Assembly: GCF_047718555.1 (NCBI RefSeq) | Contig: NZ_JBDNRK010000011.1 | Coordinates: forward strand, 26,209 to 90,208 | DNA: 64,000 nt | Direction: 5' to 3' | From: Clostridium sp. | GTDB lineage: Bacteria; Bacillota; Clostridia; Clostridiales; Clostridiaceae | Part shown: positions 48,938 to 59,900 of the stretch, piece after piece | Position numbering within the stretch: position 1 is the stretch's first letter | Layout of the letters: each line of letters opens with the position of its first letter | The notes under the pieces: generated by a model | What the model saw: only the letters and a program-made list of their open reading frames with translations | Database searches by the model: none | What the model was told of the DNA's origin: nothing | Made by a program: the position numbers and the translations under genes

Positions 48938-50797
48938 TTATTGTATTAATCCAATGACTACATCTAAAAGCTGGGAAACTGTTGATATAACCTTTGCATT
49001 TGCCTGATAGGCATGCTGATATTGAATTAAATTAGCCATTTCCTCATCAATTGATACCCCGGATACAGAATCCCTGGATTGTTGAAAACTCTGCAGCAAG
49101 GAAGTCTGATTTGCAACCACTCTTTGCGCCTGCTGCCCCTGAACTGCTAATTTATCTACTGTATTCTTAAAATAATCATCCATAGTCATTCCATCACTAC
49201 TGTTTTGTACTGTTCCAACACCGTTGCCATCCGGAGCAAGAGATGTTATAAAATCACTTCTTGTAGTACTGGAATTAATATTCTGTACTGAAGTAATTAC
49301 GTCCCTTAATTGTGCAACTGCAAGAGCTCTCTTTCCATCTGATACTCCATCTATATCATTTTTACTTTTATAAGCAAATTGGTCATCATGAGTAGAGACT
49401 TTAATTTTCATAACATCACTTAAAATTTCTTTGTTTATACTAATGTTTCCAGCAGTTATATTAACCTCATTATTTAAAGTCTCACCTAAATTGCTTAAAA
49501 CAGCCTTTCCATTACTATCAGTAGAGTAGGCTGCTGAAGCAGAATTTACAAAGAATGGCATATAATCAGCATCTGGAGGATTAGTCTGCAGTGGATTTTG
49601 AGGATCTCCAACGCTTGTTCTTCCACTTACTACTGCATTAACTGTAAATGCCAGAGACTTTGCCATTTTATTCAATTGATCTGTGTAGTTATCAATGTCC
49701 TGTTGTACTGACATGGCTCCCTGTAACTCTCCATTATCAGGAGTAAACAATTTGAGCTGTGAAAAATCCACAGGATCATTTTGCGTTTTGCCATGACCAT
49801 TACTGTTACCAGCTTCATCCACAGAAGCACCTATAGCAAATCCATTACTGTCAGCCCACAATACTCTATTTTCATCGAGTTGCTTTGCTTTATCTGCGTC
49901 CATGCCAGATACATACACTTCTACCTTATTTGCATCTGTAGTTGTATCTCCATTTTTATAATAGGTTATCTTATATTCACCTGAATTTCCCACCTGCTGA
50001 ATATCACTGATATATGAAAATCTTTTTACGTTAGTATTGCCTTGTCCTTGAATCAATGAAGCATCAGTAATTCCGGCTGTGTTTGTGGGTTTTAAATTTA
50101 TTCCATCATAACTCTGCTTATCTACAGCAATATTAAAATCCTCACTTAATTTATCTAACAATGAATCTCTTTTATCCATAAGATCATTTGGTTCATTTCC
50201 AGAAGTCTTAACACTAATTATCTGATTATTAAGACTGTCTATCTGGTTAAGCATACCATTAATTTGTACTACTTGATTCTGTAAAAAAGACTGTGAATCC
50301 TGTTTTAAACTTTGCATTTGATTATAAGCCTGATTTAATGAATTTGCCAATGCAGATGACTGCTGTGCTACAACAGTTCTTGTATCTGAACCCTGAGGTT
50401 GTTTTGACAGTTCCTGCCAGGAGTCAAAAAACTTACCCATTAAATTGGATATACCATTATCACTAGGTTCATTAAATATACTTTCTACTTGACTTAAATA
50501 ATTATCTCTTGTTTCATAGGTACCCTTTGTACTGGTTTCGTTTCTTACCTGATAATCAAGAAAATCATCTCTAACTCTTTGTATAGCTGTAGCCGTAGCA
50601 CCAGTTCCTACCTGGGCACCGCTTATGGCATTAACTGATGGCATATTATAGGGACTGTTTGATTCTATAACCGCTCTTTGTCTTGTATATCCTTCCGTAT
50701 TTGCATTTGCTATATTATGTGAAGTAACATCAATAGCCTTTTGCTGGGCTGATATACCACTAGTTGCAATATTAAAAGTTGAAAATAATCCTGCCAT
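48938..50797 (-). CDS. flgK: Hook-filament junction protein FlgK
   Basis: TSHNIANANTEGYTRQR, SVSGVSIDEEMANLIQYQHAYQANAK. Confidence 0.96.
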   Translation of the reverse strand: MAGLFSTFNIATSGISAQQKAIDVTSHNIANANTEGYTRQRAVIESNSPYNMPSVNAISGAQVGTGATATAIQRVRDDFLDYQVRNETSTKGTYETRDNYLSQVESIFNEPSDNGISNLMGKFFDSWQELSKQPQGSDTRTVVAQQSSALANSLNQAYNQMQSLKQDSQSFLQNQVVQINGMLNQIDSLNNQIISVKTSGNEPNDLMDKRDSLLDKLSEDFNIAVDKQSYDGINLKPTNTAGITDASLIQGQGNTNVKRFSYISDIQQVGNSGEYKITYYKNGDTTTDANKVEVYVSGMDADKAKQLDENRVLWADSNGFAIGASVDEAGNSNGHGKTQNDPVDFSQLKLFTPDNGELQGAMSVQQDIDNYTDQLNKMAKSLAFTVNAVVSGRTSVGDPQNPLQTNPPDADYMPFFVNSASAAYSTDSNGKAVLSNLGETLNNEVNITAGNISINKEILSDVMKIKVSTHDDQFAYKSKNDIDGVSDGKRALAVAQLRDVITSVQNINSSTTRSDFITSLAPDGNGVGTVQNSSDGMTMDDYFKNTVDKLAVQGQQAQRVVANQTSLLQSFQQSRDSVSGVSIDEEMANLIQYQHAYQANAKVISTVSQLLDVVIGLIQ

Positions 50798-50810
50798 TAT
50801 TACACCTCAC

Positions 50811-51230
50811 TTATCTTCCCATTTTCCCAAGAGAATTATAGGTTTTTAAATTTTTGTTTGGACTGAATATATTTAATACTCTGTTTGTAAATACTAAGCC
50901 CTGCCTGAATAAAAGTTCATTACTTTCTTTTTGAACTTTTATTTCCTCTAAAAGTTTTTTTATATTTCTATAATTGTTTTCCATTTCCTCATCTTTAAAG
51001 GACTTTATCAAAACATTCATGGAGTTTGCACCGGTAATTTTTCTTCTTTCCACCTCAAACCCCGCAATAGTTCTGTTATTACTCTCTATAGTTTTAACTA
51101 TATTTTCAAGTTGAAAAATATCATTTTTCAGAAAGAGTTCATGCTGCTTTTCCAAGGATTTAAGAAGTTCTTCCAAAGCCTTGTATTCCTTTACCATTAC
51201 ATTCTTCAGCTGTTCTTTCATACTAGACAC
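50811..51230 (-). CDS. flgN: Export chaperone FlgN
   Basis: Helical protein between flgM and flgK; NELLFRQGL.F. Confidence 0.8.
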   Translation of the reverse strand: MSSMKEQLKNVMVKEYKALEELLKSLEKQHELFLKNDIFQLENIVKTIESNNRTIAGFEVERRKITGANSMNVLIKSFKDEEMENNYRNIKKLLEEIKVQKESNELLFRQGLVFTNRVLNIFSPNKNLKTYNSLGKMGR

Positions 51231-51507
51231 CTTTTCCCTTTATGTGATCCAAAAGTTTTTGTGCCACTAGTTTGGAGTCTCTATTATAAGTTCCGTTTTC
51301 CACTTGTTTTTTTATCTCAGCAAGCTTTGCCTTTGAAGTTCCAATTTTTTCTTCTGTGGAGTATGCACTAAGACTCTTACCAAGCTTTGATATTTCCAGT
51401 GAGTCTTTAGCTGATTTTTCCGGGGTTTTATTTTCAGAAACATTTTTGCTGCTATTATTGTTATACATCTGTAAAACCTTTCCTAAACCCACTCCATTTA
51501 TTTTCAT
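51223..51507 (-). CDS. flgM: Anti-sigma-28 factor FlgM
   Basis: DSLEISK; KLAEIKKQVENGTY..DSKLVAQKLL. Confidence 0.92.
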   Translation of the reverse strand: MKINGVGLGKVLQMYNNNSSKNVSENKTPEKSAKDSLEISKLGKSLSAYSTEEKIGTSKAKLAEIKKQVENGTYNRDSKLVAQKLLDHIKGKGV

Positions 51508-51577
51508 ATTAATACACTCCCTACCTTAGGCCTGTGACAATAAATAATTTTCCAAGCCTTTGTATTATCTTAGTTTT

Positions 51578-51605
51578 ATTATCGTTATTTTAATATTAAA
51601 GTTTA
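51578..51605 (-). promoter_or_regulatory. Sigma-28 promoter of the flgM operon
   Basis: TAAA-N16-ACGATAAT. Confidence 0.75.
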
Positions 51606-51715
51606 GTGTTAGTATTACAAAATAATTAGACCTTTGTCAACAATTTTTTTATTAAATTGCAATTTGTGATGGTAATATTTTCACACTAGTGGCGTAATTT
51701 TTCTATATATGTAAA

Positions 51716-51757
51716 AAAATATACATTTGTAAAAAAACTTTTACAAATGTATATTTT
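51716..51757 (-). terminator. Terminator after fliY
   Basis: AAAATATACATTTGTAAAA / TTTTACAAATGTATATTTT perfect inverted repeat. Confidence 0.8.
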
Positions 51758-51769
51758 AATAGAGAATTT

Positions 51770-52954
51770 CTATCTTCCCAAACTTCTAACTCTATCATCA
51801 TTGCTCACAATACTGGATATTCTAACTCCAAAATTTTCATCTACTACTACCACTTCGCCATAGGCTATCTTTTTACCATTGACTAGTATTTCTACAGGCT
51901 CCTCTGCAAGCTTATCCAGTTCTATAAGAGAGCCTGTACCTAAGTTTAAAATTTCCTTTATATTTTTTTTAGTTCTTCCAAGAACTACGGAAATATCTAG
52001 AGGTACATCTAATATTAAGTCAATATTTTTTGGTTCAGCATAAATAGATTTGTCCTGCAGCGGTTGAAAATTCGCCTTTTGTACTTCTACCTGGGGCTGT
52101 GGAGTTTCAATTGGTTTTTCTACAATTCTACTCTGAGCCTGCTCATAATTTACATTGTTTTCAGATTGATACTGCACTGAAGGCTGGCTTTTTAATTCTG
52201 CTGTTTGATTATCAGCTGCAGTCTCATTATTGGTATTTTCAGATTCACTATCTTCAGACTGCACACCCATCATAATTGAACTGAGTTTTTTACCTGTAGA
52301 TATTGGAAGTATCTGCATAATGCTGCTATCTACCAGATCTCCTATAGTTATTCTGAAGGCAACTTCAATTATTTGCTCATCATCAGTTATTCCTGCTGAC
52401 AATTTTTGAGTGTCACTATTAATTATTTCTGAAGTTGGTGGAGAAATATTTACTTCTCTAAGAAGCATAGTAGCCATAGCTGTTGCTGCAGAACCTATCA
52501 TCTGATTCATAGCCTCAGAAACTGCACTGAGTTCAATTTCTGACAGCTCTACAGTGTTAACATGTCCGTCTCCACCCATCATCAAATTTGCTATAACCCC
52601 AGCATCAGTAACCTTCATTATAAGAAGATTTTCTCCAACTATACCACTGGTATACTGTACATCTAAAGCAATGTTTGGAACCTGAAACTGAGCTCTTAGT
52701 TCCTTCAAGGTTGTAATAGTAACTACAGGAGTAGTTATATTAACCTGCTGATTTATTATGGTAGACAGTGCCGTTGATGCTGATCCCATAGATATATTCC
52801 CAATTTCACCAAGCATATCCTTTTCTATATCTGAAAGAATATCATTCTTCTCTATTTCTTCTTCATTTTGAGAAGTAGATCCACCATTTAAAAGTGAATC
52901 TATTTCCTCCTGTGAAAGAAAACCATCACTCATAATTTTCCACATCCTTATCAA
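51770..52954 (-). CDS. fliY: Flagellar switch phosphatase FliY (CheC domain plus FliN/SpoA domain)
   Basis: LSQEEIDSLL, GEIGNISMG, EAMNQMIG, C-terminal LDVPLDISVVLG..GEVVVVDENFGVRI. Confidence 0.93.
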   Translation of the reverse strand: MIRMWKIMSDGFLSQEEIDSLLNGGSTSQNEEEIEKNDILSDIEKDMLGEIGNISMGSASTALSTIINQQVNITTPVVTITTLKELRAQFQVPNIALDVQYTSGIVGENLLIMKVTDAGVIANLMMGGDGHVNTVELSEIELSAVSEAMNQMIGSAATAMATMLLREVNISPPTSEIINSDTQKLSAGITDDEQIIEVAFRITIGDLVDSSIMQILPISTGKKLSSIMMGVQSEDSESENTNNETAADNQTAELKSQPSVQYQSENNVNYEQAQSRIVEKPIETPQPQVEVQKANFQPLQDKSIYAEPKNIDLILDVPLDISVVLGRTKKNIKEILNLGTGSLIELDKLAEEPVEILVNGKKIAYGEVVVVDENFGVRISSIVSNDDRVRSLGR

Positions 52955-53921
52955 TAATATCTAAAATTTGTACTCCCATGCTTTTTCCTATGACTCCTGG
53001 TTTTCCTGTATAATGCACATTTCCATCTATGAAAACAGAAACCGGATCACTACATTTACTGTTAAGAGTAATTACATCACCTACGGAAAGCTTTAAAAAT
53101 TCATCTACTGTAATACTGGCACTTCCTAAAGTTGCAACCAATGGCACATCTACAATATTTAGTCTGTCCTTTAATTTTTCTCTTGATTGATTAACTATAG
53201 TTTCATCATTTTCCTGATACCAATATTGAACTACCAGTTTATCCAATACCTTTTCTATACTCAAATAAGGTATACATATATTTATAAAAGTGCTGCTATC
53301 GGCCATTTCAACAGAAAAAGTTATAAGTGCTACAGGTTCATGAGGCGCTAGAGTTTGGTTTAAAGCGGGGTTAGTTTCTAGGGCTTCTATTTCTGGTTTA
53401 ACTTCTAATACATCTCCCCAAGCAAGCTTCAAATTTGATATTAATTCTTGATTGATTTTCGTAATAATATTTTTATCGATATCCGTAAATTCCTTTGATT
53501 TATATTTACCGTAGCCATTTCCACCAAGTAGAATATCTATTATCTGATATACAAACTGAGGATTTGTCTCAAACAATATAGAGCCACTAAGCGGAGGCAT
53601 TTTAAAAATCGTAAGAATGGTTGGATTTGGTATAGAATGAATAAACTCTTCATAGGTTATCTGTTCGACAGATTCAATCTTCACCTTCACATTGCTTCTT
53701 ACCTGAGCTGTAAGATAATTTGAAATAATCCTGGCATAATTATCGTGTATGAGTTCAAGTGTTCTTATATGATCTTTAGAAAACTTTTGAGGACTTCTAA
53801 AATCATAAAGCTTAACCTTTTGCTTTTCCTCTTCCTTTGGAATTTCTTCTGGCTTTAGTTCACCAGAGGATAAGGCAGATAAAAGAGCATCTATTTCATT
53901 TTGAGATAAAACGTCTGCCAT
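52926..53921 (-). CDS. fliM: Flagellar switch protein FliM
   Basis: MADVLSQNEIDALLSAL, YDFRSPQKFSKD, CIPYLSIE. Confidence 0.97.
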   Translation of the reverse strand: MADVLSQNEIDALLSALSSGELKPEEIPKEEEKQKVKLYDFRSPQKFSKDHIRTLELIHDNYARIISNYLTAQVRSNVKVKIESVEQITYEEFIHSIPNPTILTIFKMPPLSGSILFETNPQFVYQIIDILLGGNGYGKYKSKEFTDIDKNIITKINQELISNLKLAWGDVLEVKPEIEALETNPALNQTLAPHEPVALITFSVEMADSSTFINICIPYLSIEKVLDKLVVQYWYQENDETIVNQSREKLKDRLNIVDVPLVATLGSASITVDEFLKLSVGDVITLNSKCSDPVSVFIDGNVHYTGKPGVIGKSMGVQILDIIDKDVENYE

Positions 53922-53951
53922 TTTCTCCCCTCATTTCTCTAAATTTGTGCT

Positions 53952-54368
53952 TTATTTAGCAATCAATCTATCAATATCAATAAAAGTTACTACTCTATCT
54001 TTAAAATTTATAATTCCCTTTACATAGGATTTTTTTGTATCTTCTTTAATATTTTCTATTATATTTTCATCTATTTCCAAAACTTCATCTACCTGATCCA
54101 CTGAAATGGCTATAAGTTCATCCTCAAGCTTTAATATTATTACACTTTGCTGGTCAGCTTCACTTTTTTCTGAATCCAAAAGCAAATTTATATCTAAAAG
54201 AGAGATTACAGTACCTCTCAAATTAATCAAGCCCTTTACATACTCTGGTGCTTTTGGAACTTTAGTTACTGTTACAGCTTCGCTGATAGTCTGAACCTTT
54301 GAGGTTTCCACCGCAAATTGTTCATTTTTCAACTTAAAAATAACTACCTGCACATTTTTCACCTCCAA
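53952..54368 (-). CDS. cheW: Chemotaxis coupling protein CheW
   Basis: VTKVPKAPEYVKGLINLRG. Confidence 0.92.
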   Translation of the reverse strand: MEVKNVQVVIFKLKNEQFAVETSKVQTISEAVTVTKVPKAPEYVKGLINLRGTVISLLDINLLLDSEKSEADQQSVIILKLEDELIAISVDQVDEVLEIDENIIENIKEDTKKSYVKGIINFKDRVVTFIDIDRLIAK

Positions 54369-54407
54369 CTAAGGTATTTATAGAAAATACCTTATATTCC
54401 ACAAAAC

Positions 54408-54776
54408 TTAACCTATAGCTTTTCTAATTGCTTCAAGTACTCTGTCTGCCTGAAAAGGCTTAACAATAAAGTCTTTTGCCCCTGCCTTTATAGCATCCAT
54501 TACCATAGTTTGCTGTCCCATGGCACTGCACATAATTACCCTTGCAGTTGGATCAAATTCCTTTATTGCCTTTACAGCTTCTATGCCATCCATATCTGGC
54601 ATAGTTATATCCATAGTAACTACATCTGGTCTTTCCTTTTTATAAAGTTCTACAGCTTTTAATCCATTACTAGCTTCTCCTGTTACCTCAAATCCATTTT
54701 TTTCCAGTATGTCCTTTATCATCATTCTCATAAAAGCAGCATCATCAACAATTAATACTTTTGCCATTTTATACAA
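54408..54776 (-). CDS. cheY: Chemotaxis response regulator CheY
   Basis: VLIVDDAAFMR, DITMPDMDG, CSAMGQ, FIVKPF. Confidence 0.96.
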   Translation of the reverse strand: MYKMAKVLIVDDAAFMRMMIKDILEKNGFEVTGEASNGLKAVELYKKERPDVVTMDITMPDMDGIEAVKAIKEFDPTARVIMCSAMGQQTMVMDAIKAGAKDFIVKPFQADRVLEAIRKAIG

Positions 54777-54784
54777 CCTCCAAA

Positions 54785-55387
54785 TTAATTTACTCCTAAT
54801 GTATTTAATATTTTTTCTAATGAACCGGGCATAGGTATATAATAAAAATGCCCGCTTATTTTATTTAAATCCTCTTGTAAAAATTCTGTTTCAAAATCCA
54901 GCACATTATCATCAAATTGGCCGGCTTCAATAAAACTAGTAGAAAGAATAGCGGCCATCATGTCGTAGCTTACAGCTGGTACCGATGGTGTTATAGTGAG
55001 ATTTGTAAACCTACTTATGGCATTCATGTAAGAAGCAGATATTATATTTCCTATTTCAGCCACTACTGAAGCTCCCATTTCACTTAGTTCCTCTTCCTGC
55101 GTACCTGTCAGTGTCTTAATTATATCAAAAGCTATCTCTTTTTCAAATATAAACAGAATATTTCCTGGTGTATCTCCCAAAACTCTTACAATAACCCCAA
55201 CAGCTATTTTCTCTGCATCAATTTTTGTAAATACAGATTCCAGAGGAATTACATTTACCGAGGGAACAGTCATGTCCACTTTTTTGTTTAGAAGGCTGGA
55301 TAGAGCTGTAGCTGCATTTCCTGCTCCTATATTACTTACTTCCTTAAGTGCATCCAGCTGCATTGGCGTAAACTGTGAGTAATCCAT
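54785..55387 (-). CDS. cheC: CheY-P phosphatase CheC
   Basis: EVSNIGAGNAA, EIGNII. Confidence 0.93.
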   Translation of the reverse strand: MDYSQFTPMQLDALKEVSNIGAGNAATALSSLLNKKVDMTVPSVNVIPLESVFTKIDAEKIAVGVIVRVLGDTPGNILFIFEKEIAFDIIKTLTGTQEEELSEMGASVVAEIGNIISASYMNAISRFTNLTITPSVPAVSYDMMAAILSTSFIEAGQFDDNVLDFETEFLQEDLNKISGHFYYIPMPGSLEKILNTLGVN

Positions 55388-55398
55388 TGATTCACCTC

Positions 55399-57474
55399 CT
55401 ATACAAAGGCGGCAACATCAAGAATGAGAGTTACAAATCCATCTCCAAGTATTGTTGCCCCTATATATTCCTTAAGCTGCTTTAAAGTTTTGCCCAGTGG
55501 CTTTATTACAATATCCTGTTGACCTTGAAGTGAATCCACAAGGAGTCCTGCACTTTTTTCCCCCACATTAACTATTACTATGTAAACTTTATCCTTATTT
55601 GTCTTTGGAAGCCCCAAACGTTCGTTGACTCTTATTATAGGAAGTACCTTGCCTCTATACACAATAACTTCTTTATTGTTAGTTCTTTTTATATCTTCCT
55701 CTTTATAATCGATAACGCTGTCAATATAGTTTAATGAAATTGCTAAGCTTTCCTCCCCTACTTTTACTAGAAGAGCAGTTATTATCTGAAGAGTTAGAGG
55801 TAATTTTATGGTGAAGGTTGAACCTTCTCCTTCCTCACTGCTGGTATCTACAGTGCCTCCAAGAGCTGAAATCTTTGTCTTAACCACATCCATACCAACT
55901 CCTCTTCCTGAAATATCTGTAACAGTTTCATTGGTACTGAAGCCCTGGGCAAAGATAAGATTTTTAATATCATTTTCATTCATCCCAGCAGTATTAATAC
56001 CTACTTTTTCTGCCTTTGCTCTAACTTTTTCTACATCTATACCTGCACCATCATCTTGAACCTTTATTACTGCTTTAGTACCTTCCTGATAAGCTATTAA
56101 CCTTATCTTTCCTACTGCATCTTTACCATTAGAGATTCTCTCCTCCTTGGATTCAATACCATGATCCGCTGCATTTCTTATAAGATGAATTAAAGGTTCT
56201 CCAATTTCATCAATAACAGTTCTATCAAGTTCTGTGTCCTGTCCTTCTATGATAAGTTCCATCTCCTTATCCAATTCTACAGATAAATCCCTTACCATCC
56301 TTGGAAATCTGTTAAAAACAGTGTCCAGTGGAAGCATTCTGATTTTCATAACAAGATCCTGCAGATCATTTGTAGTTCTGGCCACTTGTTCTATAGTTTC
56401 ATTAAGTTCTGTAAGCTTATAATTACTGCTTATTTGTTCAAGCCTTGTCCTATTTATTACCAGTTCAGAAACCATATTTAAAAATTTATCTAATCTTTCA
56501 AGATCTACCCTTACAGACTGATGAATTTTTTTATGATTTTCTGGAGGTTTTTTTTGTGTATTTTCAGTGCCTACCTTAGTTTTTACCTGAGGCTGTACAG
56601 CTTTTACTTCAGTTTTTTCCACCGCTTTTTTAACTTGCTTTTCCACTTTATAATCATTATAATAAGCTTTTATAGTATTTTCATCTACATTAGTTATTTC
56701 AATCTTATCAATTTCTGAAATATCCTCTAATATTTTTTTAGTATCCTCTTTAGAACTTCCAGTTAAATATAGAAGTTGTATTTCAAAATCAAAATTTTCA
56801 TTTTCCAAATCCTCTGTACTTGGAATAGACTTGATAATTTCTCCACTTTCCTCAAGGCTCTTAAATATTAAGAAAGAGCGGGCAGATTTTAGCAGAGTTG
56901 TCTCACTAAGCATTATAGTAATTTCCAGAGCATTATAACCCTTGTCTAGTGCCTGCTTTATCACATTTGTGTCATATTCATTTAATTGTATTTTACCAGC
57001 TCTTCCATTGTCCTTTAAAGCTTTCTCCTCTTCACCATTTAGCTCCTCCTCCTGCTGCAGCTCTTTAGCTGCTATTTCCTCAGAAGAATTCATAGCATTT
57101 TTAGATATATCCTCAAGCTTGTCCATAATATCTTCCACAGGTATTTCTTCTTCTTCACCATTTGATATATTATCTACCATTCTTTCTAAGGTATCAAGAC
57201 ATTTAAATAATACTGTAACTACTTTTTGAGTGACCTTGAGTTCTCCATTTCTAAATTCTGAAAGCACATCTTCCATTTTATGAGTGAGCTCTGCCATTCT
57301 ATTAAAACCCATAGTTGCTGCCATACCCTTTATGGTATGTGCAACTCTAAATATTTCATTTAATTTATCTACATCCTCTGGTTCTTGTTCCAACTGTAGA
57401 AGCACTTCATTTAACCTTTGTAGATTATCCATTGATTCTTCCAAAAACATTGACAAATATTGTGAAGTATCCAA
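55399..57474 (-). CDS. cheA: Chemotaxis histidine kinase CheA
   Basis: FRVAHTIKGM, HLIRNAADHGIE, DISGRGVGMDVV. Confidence 0.97.
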   Translation of the reverse strand: MDTSQYLSMFLEESMDNLQRLNEVLLQLEQEPEDVDKLNEIFRVAHTIKGMAATMGFNRMAELTHKMEDVLSEFRNGELKVTQKVVTVLFKCLDTLERMVDNISNGEEEEIPVEDIMDKLEDISKNAMNSSEEIAAKELQQEEELNGEEEKALKDNGRAGKIQLNEYDTNVIKQALDKGYNALEITIMLSETTLLKSARSFLIFKSLEESGEIIKSIPSTEDLENENFDFEIQLLYLTGSSKEDTKKILEDISEIDKIEITNVDENTIKAYYNDYKVEKQVKKAVEKTEVKAVQPQVKTKVGTENTQKKPPENHKKIHQSVRVDLERLDKFLNMVSELVINRTRLEQISSNYKLTELNETIEQVARTTNDLQDLVMKIRMLPLDTVFNRFPRMVRDLSVELDKEMELIIEGQDTELDRTVIDEIGEPLIHLIRNAADHGIESKEERISNGKDAVGKIRLIAYQEGTKAVIKVQDDGAGIDVEKVRAKAEKVGINTAGMNENDIKNLIFAQGFSTNETVTDISGRGVGMDVVKTKISALGGTVDTSSEEGEGSTFTIKLPLTLQIITALLVKVGEESLAISLNYIDSVIDYKEEDIKRTNNKEVIVYRGKVLPIIRVNERLGLPKTNKDKVYIVIVNVGEKSAGLLVDSLQGQQDIVIKPLGKTLKQLKEYIGATILGDGFVTLILDVAAFV

Positions 57475-57488
57475 AGTACTCTTCCCCC

Positions 57489-58256
57489 TTACAGCTTTCT
57501 ATAAATAAAAGTAGACGCTTTTTCAAAACCATAATCTCTGTAATTATATATGCTTTCTGTTGCCCCTACAAATAACAAGCCATCTTTTTTTAACGAACTG
57601 CTAAATTTTTGATATATTTTCTCTTTTATGTCCTGATTAAAATATATTACTACATTCCTACATACAATTAAATCAAAATTCTTTTCATAATCCTGAAGTA
57701 TTAAATCATGCTTCTTAAATGTTACCATGTTCTTAATGCTTGTGTCTATAAGATATTTATCCCCTGCTAGCTTAAAATATCTATCCCTATATTCTTTTTC
57801 TACATTTTTCATTTCAGATAATGTATACTCACCTTTTTTTGCTCTTTCTAAAATAGTTGTATCAATATCCGTGGCTATTATTGATGGCTTATTCACATTT
57901 TTTAAATTGTCAAAAATTATGGCCAGTGAATAAGGCTCTGCTCCTATAGAACAAGCAGCACTCCAAACTTTTAGATTCTGATTTTTTTCCTTTACATATA
58001 TTTCAATTTCTCTTTCAAGTTCTTTGAATAATTCTGGATTTCTAAAAAATTCTGTTACATTTATAGTAATAAAATCCAAAAATTTTTGTCTTTGAGCATA
58101 ATCAGTTTTTAAAAGTTTTACATAATCATCAATACTGCTTATGCCAATTCTTGACATCAAGCTTAAAATTCGTCTGTGAAGCTGGTTTGACTTATAGGCG
58201 AATAAATTTATTCCAAAATATTTTAAGACCCAATCTTTAAACTGCTCTAAATCCAT
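57489..58256 (-). CDS. cheR: Chemotaxis methyltransferase CheR
   Basis: INVTEFFR, WSAACSIGAEPYS, CRNVVIYF. Confidence 0.95.
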   Translation of the reverse strand: MDLEQFKDWVLKYFGINLFAYKSNQLHRRILSLMSRIGISSIDDYVKLLKTDYAQRQKFLDFITINVTEFFRNPELFKELEREIEIYVKEKNQNLKVWSAACSIGAEPYSLAIIFDNLKNVNKPSIIATDIDTTILERAKKGEYTLSEMKNVEKEYRDRYFKLAGDKYLIDTSIKNMVTFKKHDLILQDYEKNFDLIVCRNVVIYFNQDIKEKIYQKFSSSLKKDGLLFVGATESIYNYRDYGFEKASTFIYRKL

Positions 58257-58258
58257 TA

Positions 58259-59326
58259 CTACCTCCTGATTCCATGAACTATTTTTATAATTTCCTGCGC
58301 AATTTTATCAAGGGGTATTACGAAATCTACAGCACCTGTTTCATAGGCCATTTTAGGCATGCCATAGATAACGCAAGTGGATTCATCTTCTGATATTGTT
58401 ATTCCACCCTTTTGCTTTATTACCTTGGTACCTTCTGCACCATCTTTTCCCATTCCAGTTAAAACTACACTTATAATTTTATTTTTAAAAACTTCTGAAG
58501 CAGATTTAAATAACTTATCTACAGCTGGTCTAACTCCCCATATAGCTGGCTCTTTATTTAAATGAATCCTGCCATCACTTTTTACTTCCATATGAAAACC
58601 TCCAGGTGCCACATAAGCTATATTCTTTTCATATATCTCACCTTCCTTGGCTTCAACTACCTCTATCTCACTATTAGAATTTAATCTTTCTGCAAAAGCC
58701 TTTGTAAAACCTGCTGGCATATGCTGAACAATAAAGATTGGGACGCCTATATTCTTTGGAAATTTTGTAATTACATTGTATACCGCCTTAGGCCCTCCTG
58801 TAGATGCACCAATAACCACAGCTTCAATACCTGAAAAAGAAATCTTATCAATCTTATCCTTATAATTTTCCTGCTTAGAATCTACTGATAATTTCTTTAC
58901 CCTGCAATTACCTCTGCTTAAACATTCCTGAAAAGCAGCTCTTACCTTTAAAACCAACTCATCCTGAACTTTATTAATATCTATAGATATAGCCCCTGAG
59001 GGCTTAGAGATAAAGTCAAAAGCACCTAATCCCAGGCATTCCATAGTTAGTCTTGTACTCTCTTTTGTGAAACCACTCAACATAATTACAGGTAAATTTA
59101 TATTACATTTTTTTAGTTCCTTTAGAGTATCGATACCATTCATAATGGGCATTTCCACATCAAGAGTAATAACATCTAAATTTAGTTTTTTAATCTTTTC
59201 AAGTGCATCCTGCCCATTTCTAGCTGTATCTACAACATAAATGTCTGATTTTTCATTTAACATATCAGATACTATTTTTCTCATTAATGCTGAATCATCA
59301 ACTACTAAAACCTTTATGCTTTCCAA
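58259..59326 (-). CDS. cheB: Chemotaxis methylesterase CheB
   Basis: Receiver domain plus GASTGGP, QHMP, LTGMGKDG. Confidence 0.96.
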   Translation of the reverse strand: MESIKVLVVDDSALMRKIVSDMLNEKSDIYVVDTARNGQDALEKIKKLNLDVITLDVEMPIMNGIDTLKELKKCNINLPVIMLSGFTKESTRLTMECLGLGAFDFISKPSGAISIDINKVQDELVLKVRAAFQECLSRGNCRVKKLSVDSKQENYKDKIDKISFSGIEAVVIGASTGGPKAVYNVITKFPKNIGVPIFIVQHMPAGFTKAFAERLNSNSEIEVVEAKEGEIYEKNIAYVAPGGFHMEVKSDGRIHLNKEPAIWGVRPAVDKLFKSASEVFKNKIISVVLTGMGKDGAEGTKVIKQKGGITISEDESTCVIYGMPKMAYETGAVDFVIPLDKIAQEIIKIVHGIRR

Positions 59327-59381
59327 ATAATATCACTCCATTTACATCCTCAGTTTTCACTTATATTTATCTTCATAGAAC

Positions 59382-59873
59382 TTAAATTTCTTTTATGCCA
59401 AGCCCTACAGTTCTTATTTGAACAATAAAGTCTGAAGTGTGAAGAATCATGGTTCTCCCTTTATTGCCACCCACATCTTCACTTAATATGGGTATATTAA
59501 ATTCTCTTAATACATTTTTCACAGCTATGCTGTTTCTCTTTCCAATATCCATATTCATACTTTTATCAGTAAAATTAAACATAGATGCTCCACCAGCAAT
59601 TTTAGCCTTTATATTTCTTACATTAGATCCTTGTTCTGCCATTTTTTCTATCAAAATAGGTATAGCAAGATCAGCAAATTTTTTTTCATTTGTAATGTTA
59701 TTGAATTGGCTGCTATCCGGCAGCATTATATGAGCTAATCCCCCTATTTTTTTATACTTATCATATAGAGCAATACCAACACAGGAACCAAGCCCAACAG
59801 TTATTATTCTATCTGGCGGATAGGCTAAATTTAAATCGGCTATCCCTACTCTTATCTCTTTTACCTCATCCAT
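59382..59873 (-). CDS. cheD: Chemoreceptor glutamine deamidase CheD
   Basis: GLGSCVGI, HIMLP, KIAGGA. Confidence 0.95.
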   Translation of the reverse strand: MDEVKEIRVGIADLNLAYPPDRIITVGLGSCVGIALYDKYKKIGGLAHIMLPDSSQFNNITNEKKFADLAIPILIEKMAEQGSNVRNIKAKIAGGASMFNFTDKSMNMDIGKRNSIAVKNVLREFNIPILSEDVGGNKGRTMILHTSDFIVQIRTVGLGIKEI

Positions 59874-59900
59874 ATACTCACCTTATCAATCTTCTATATT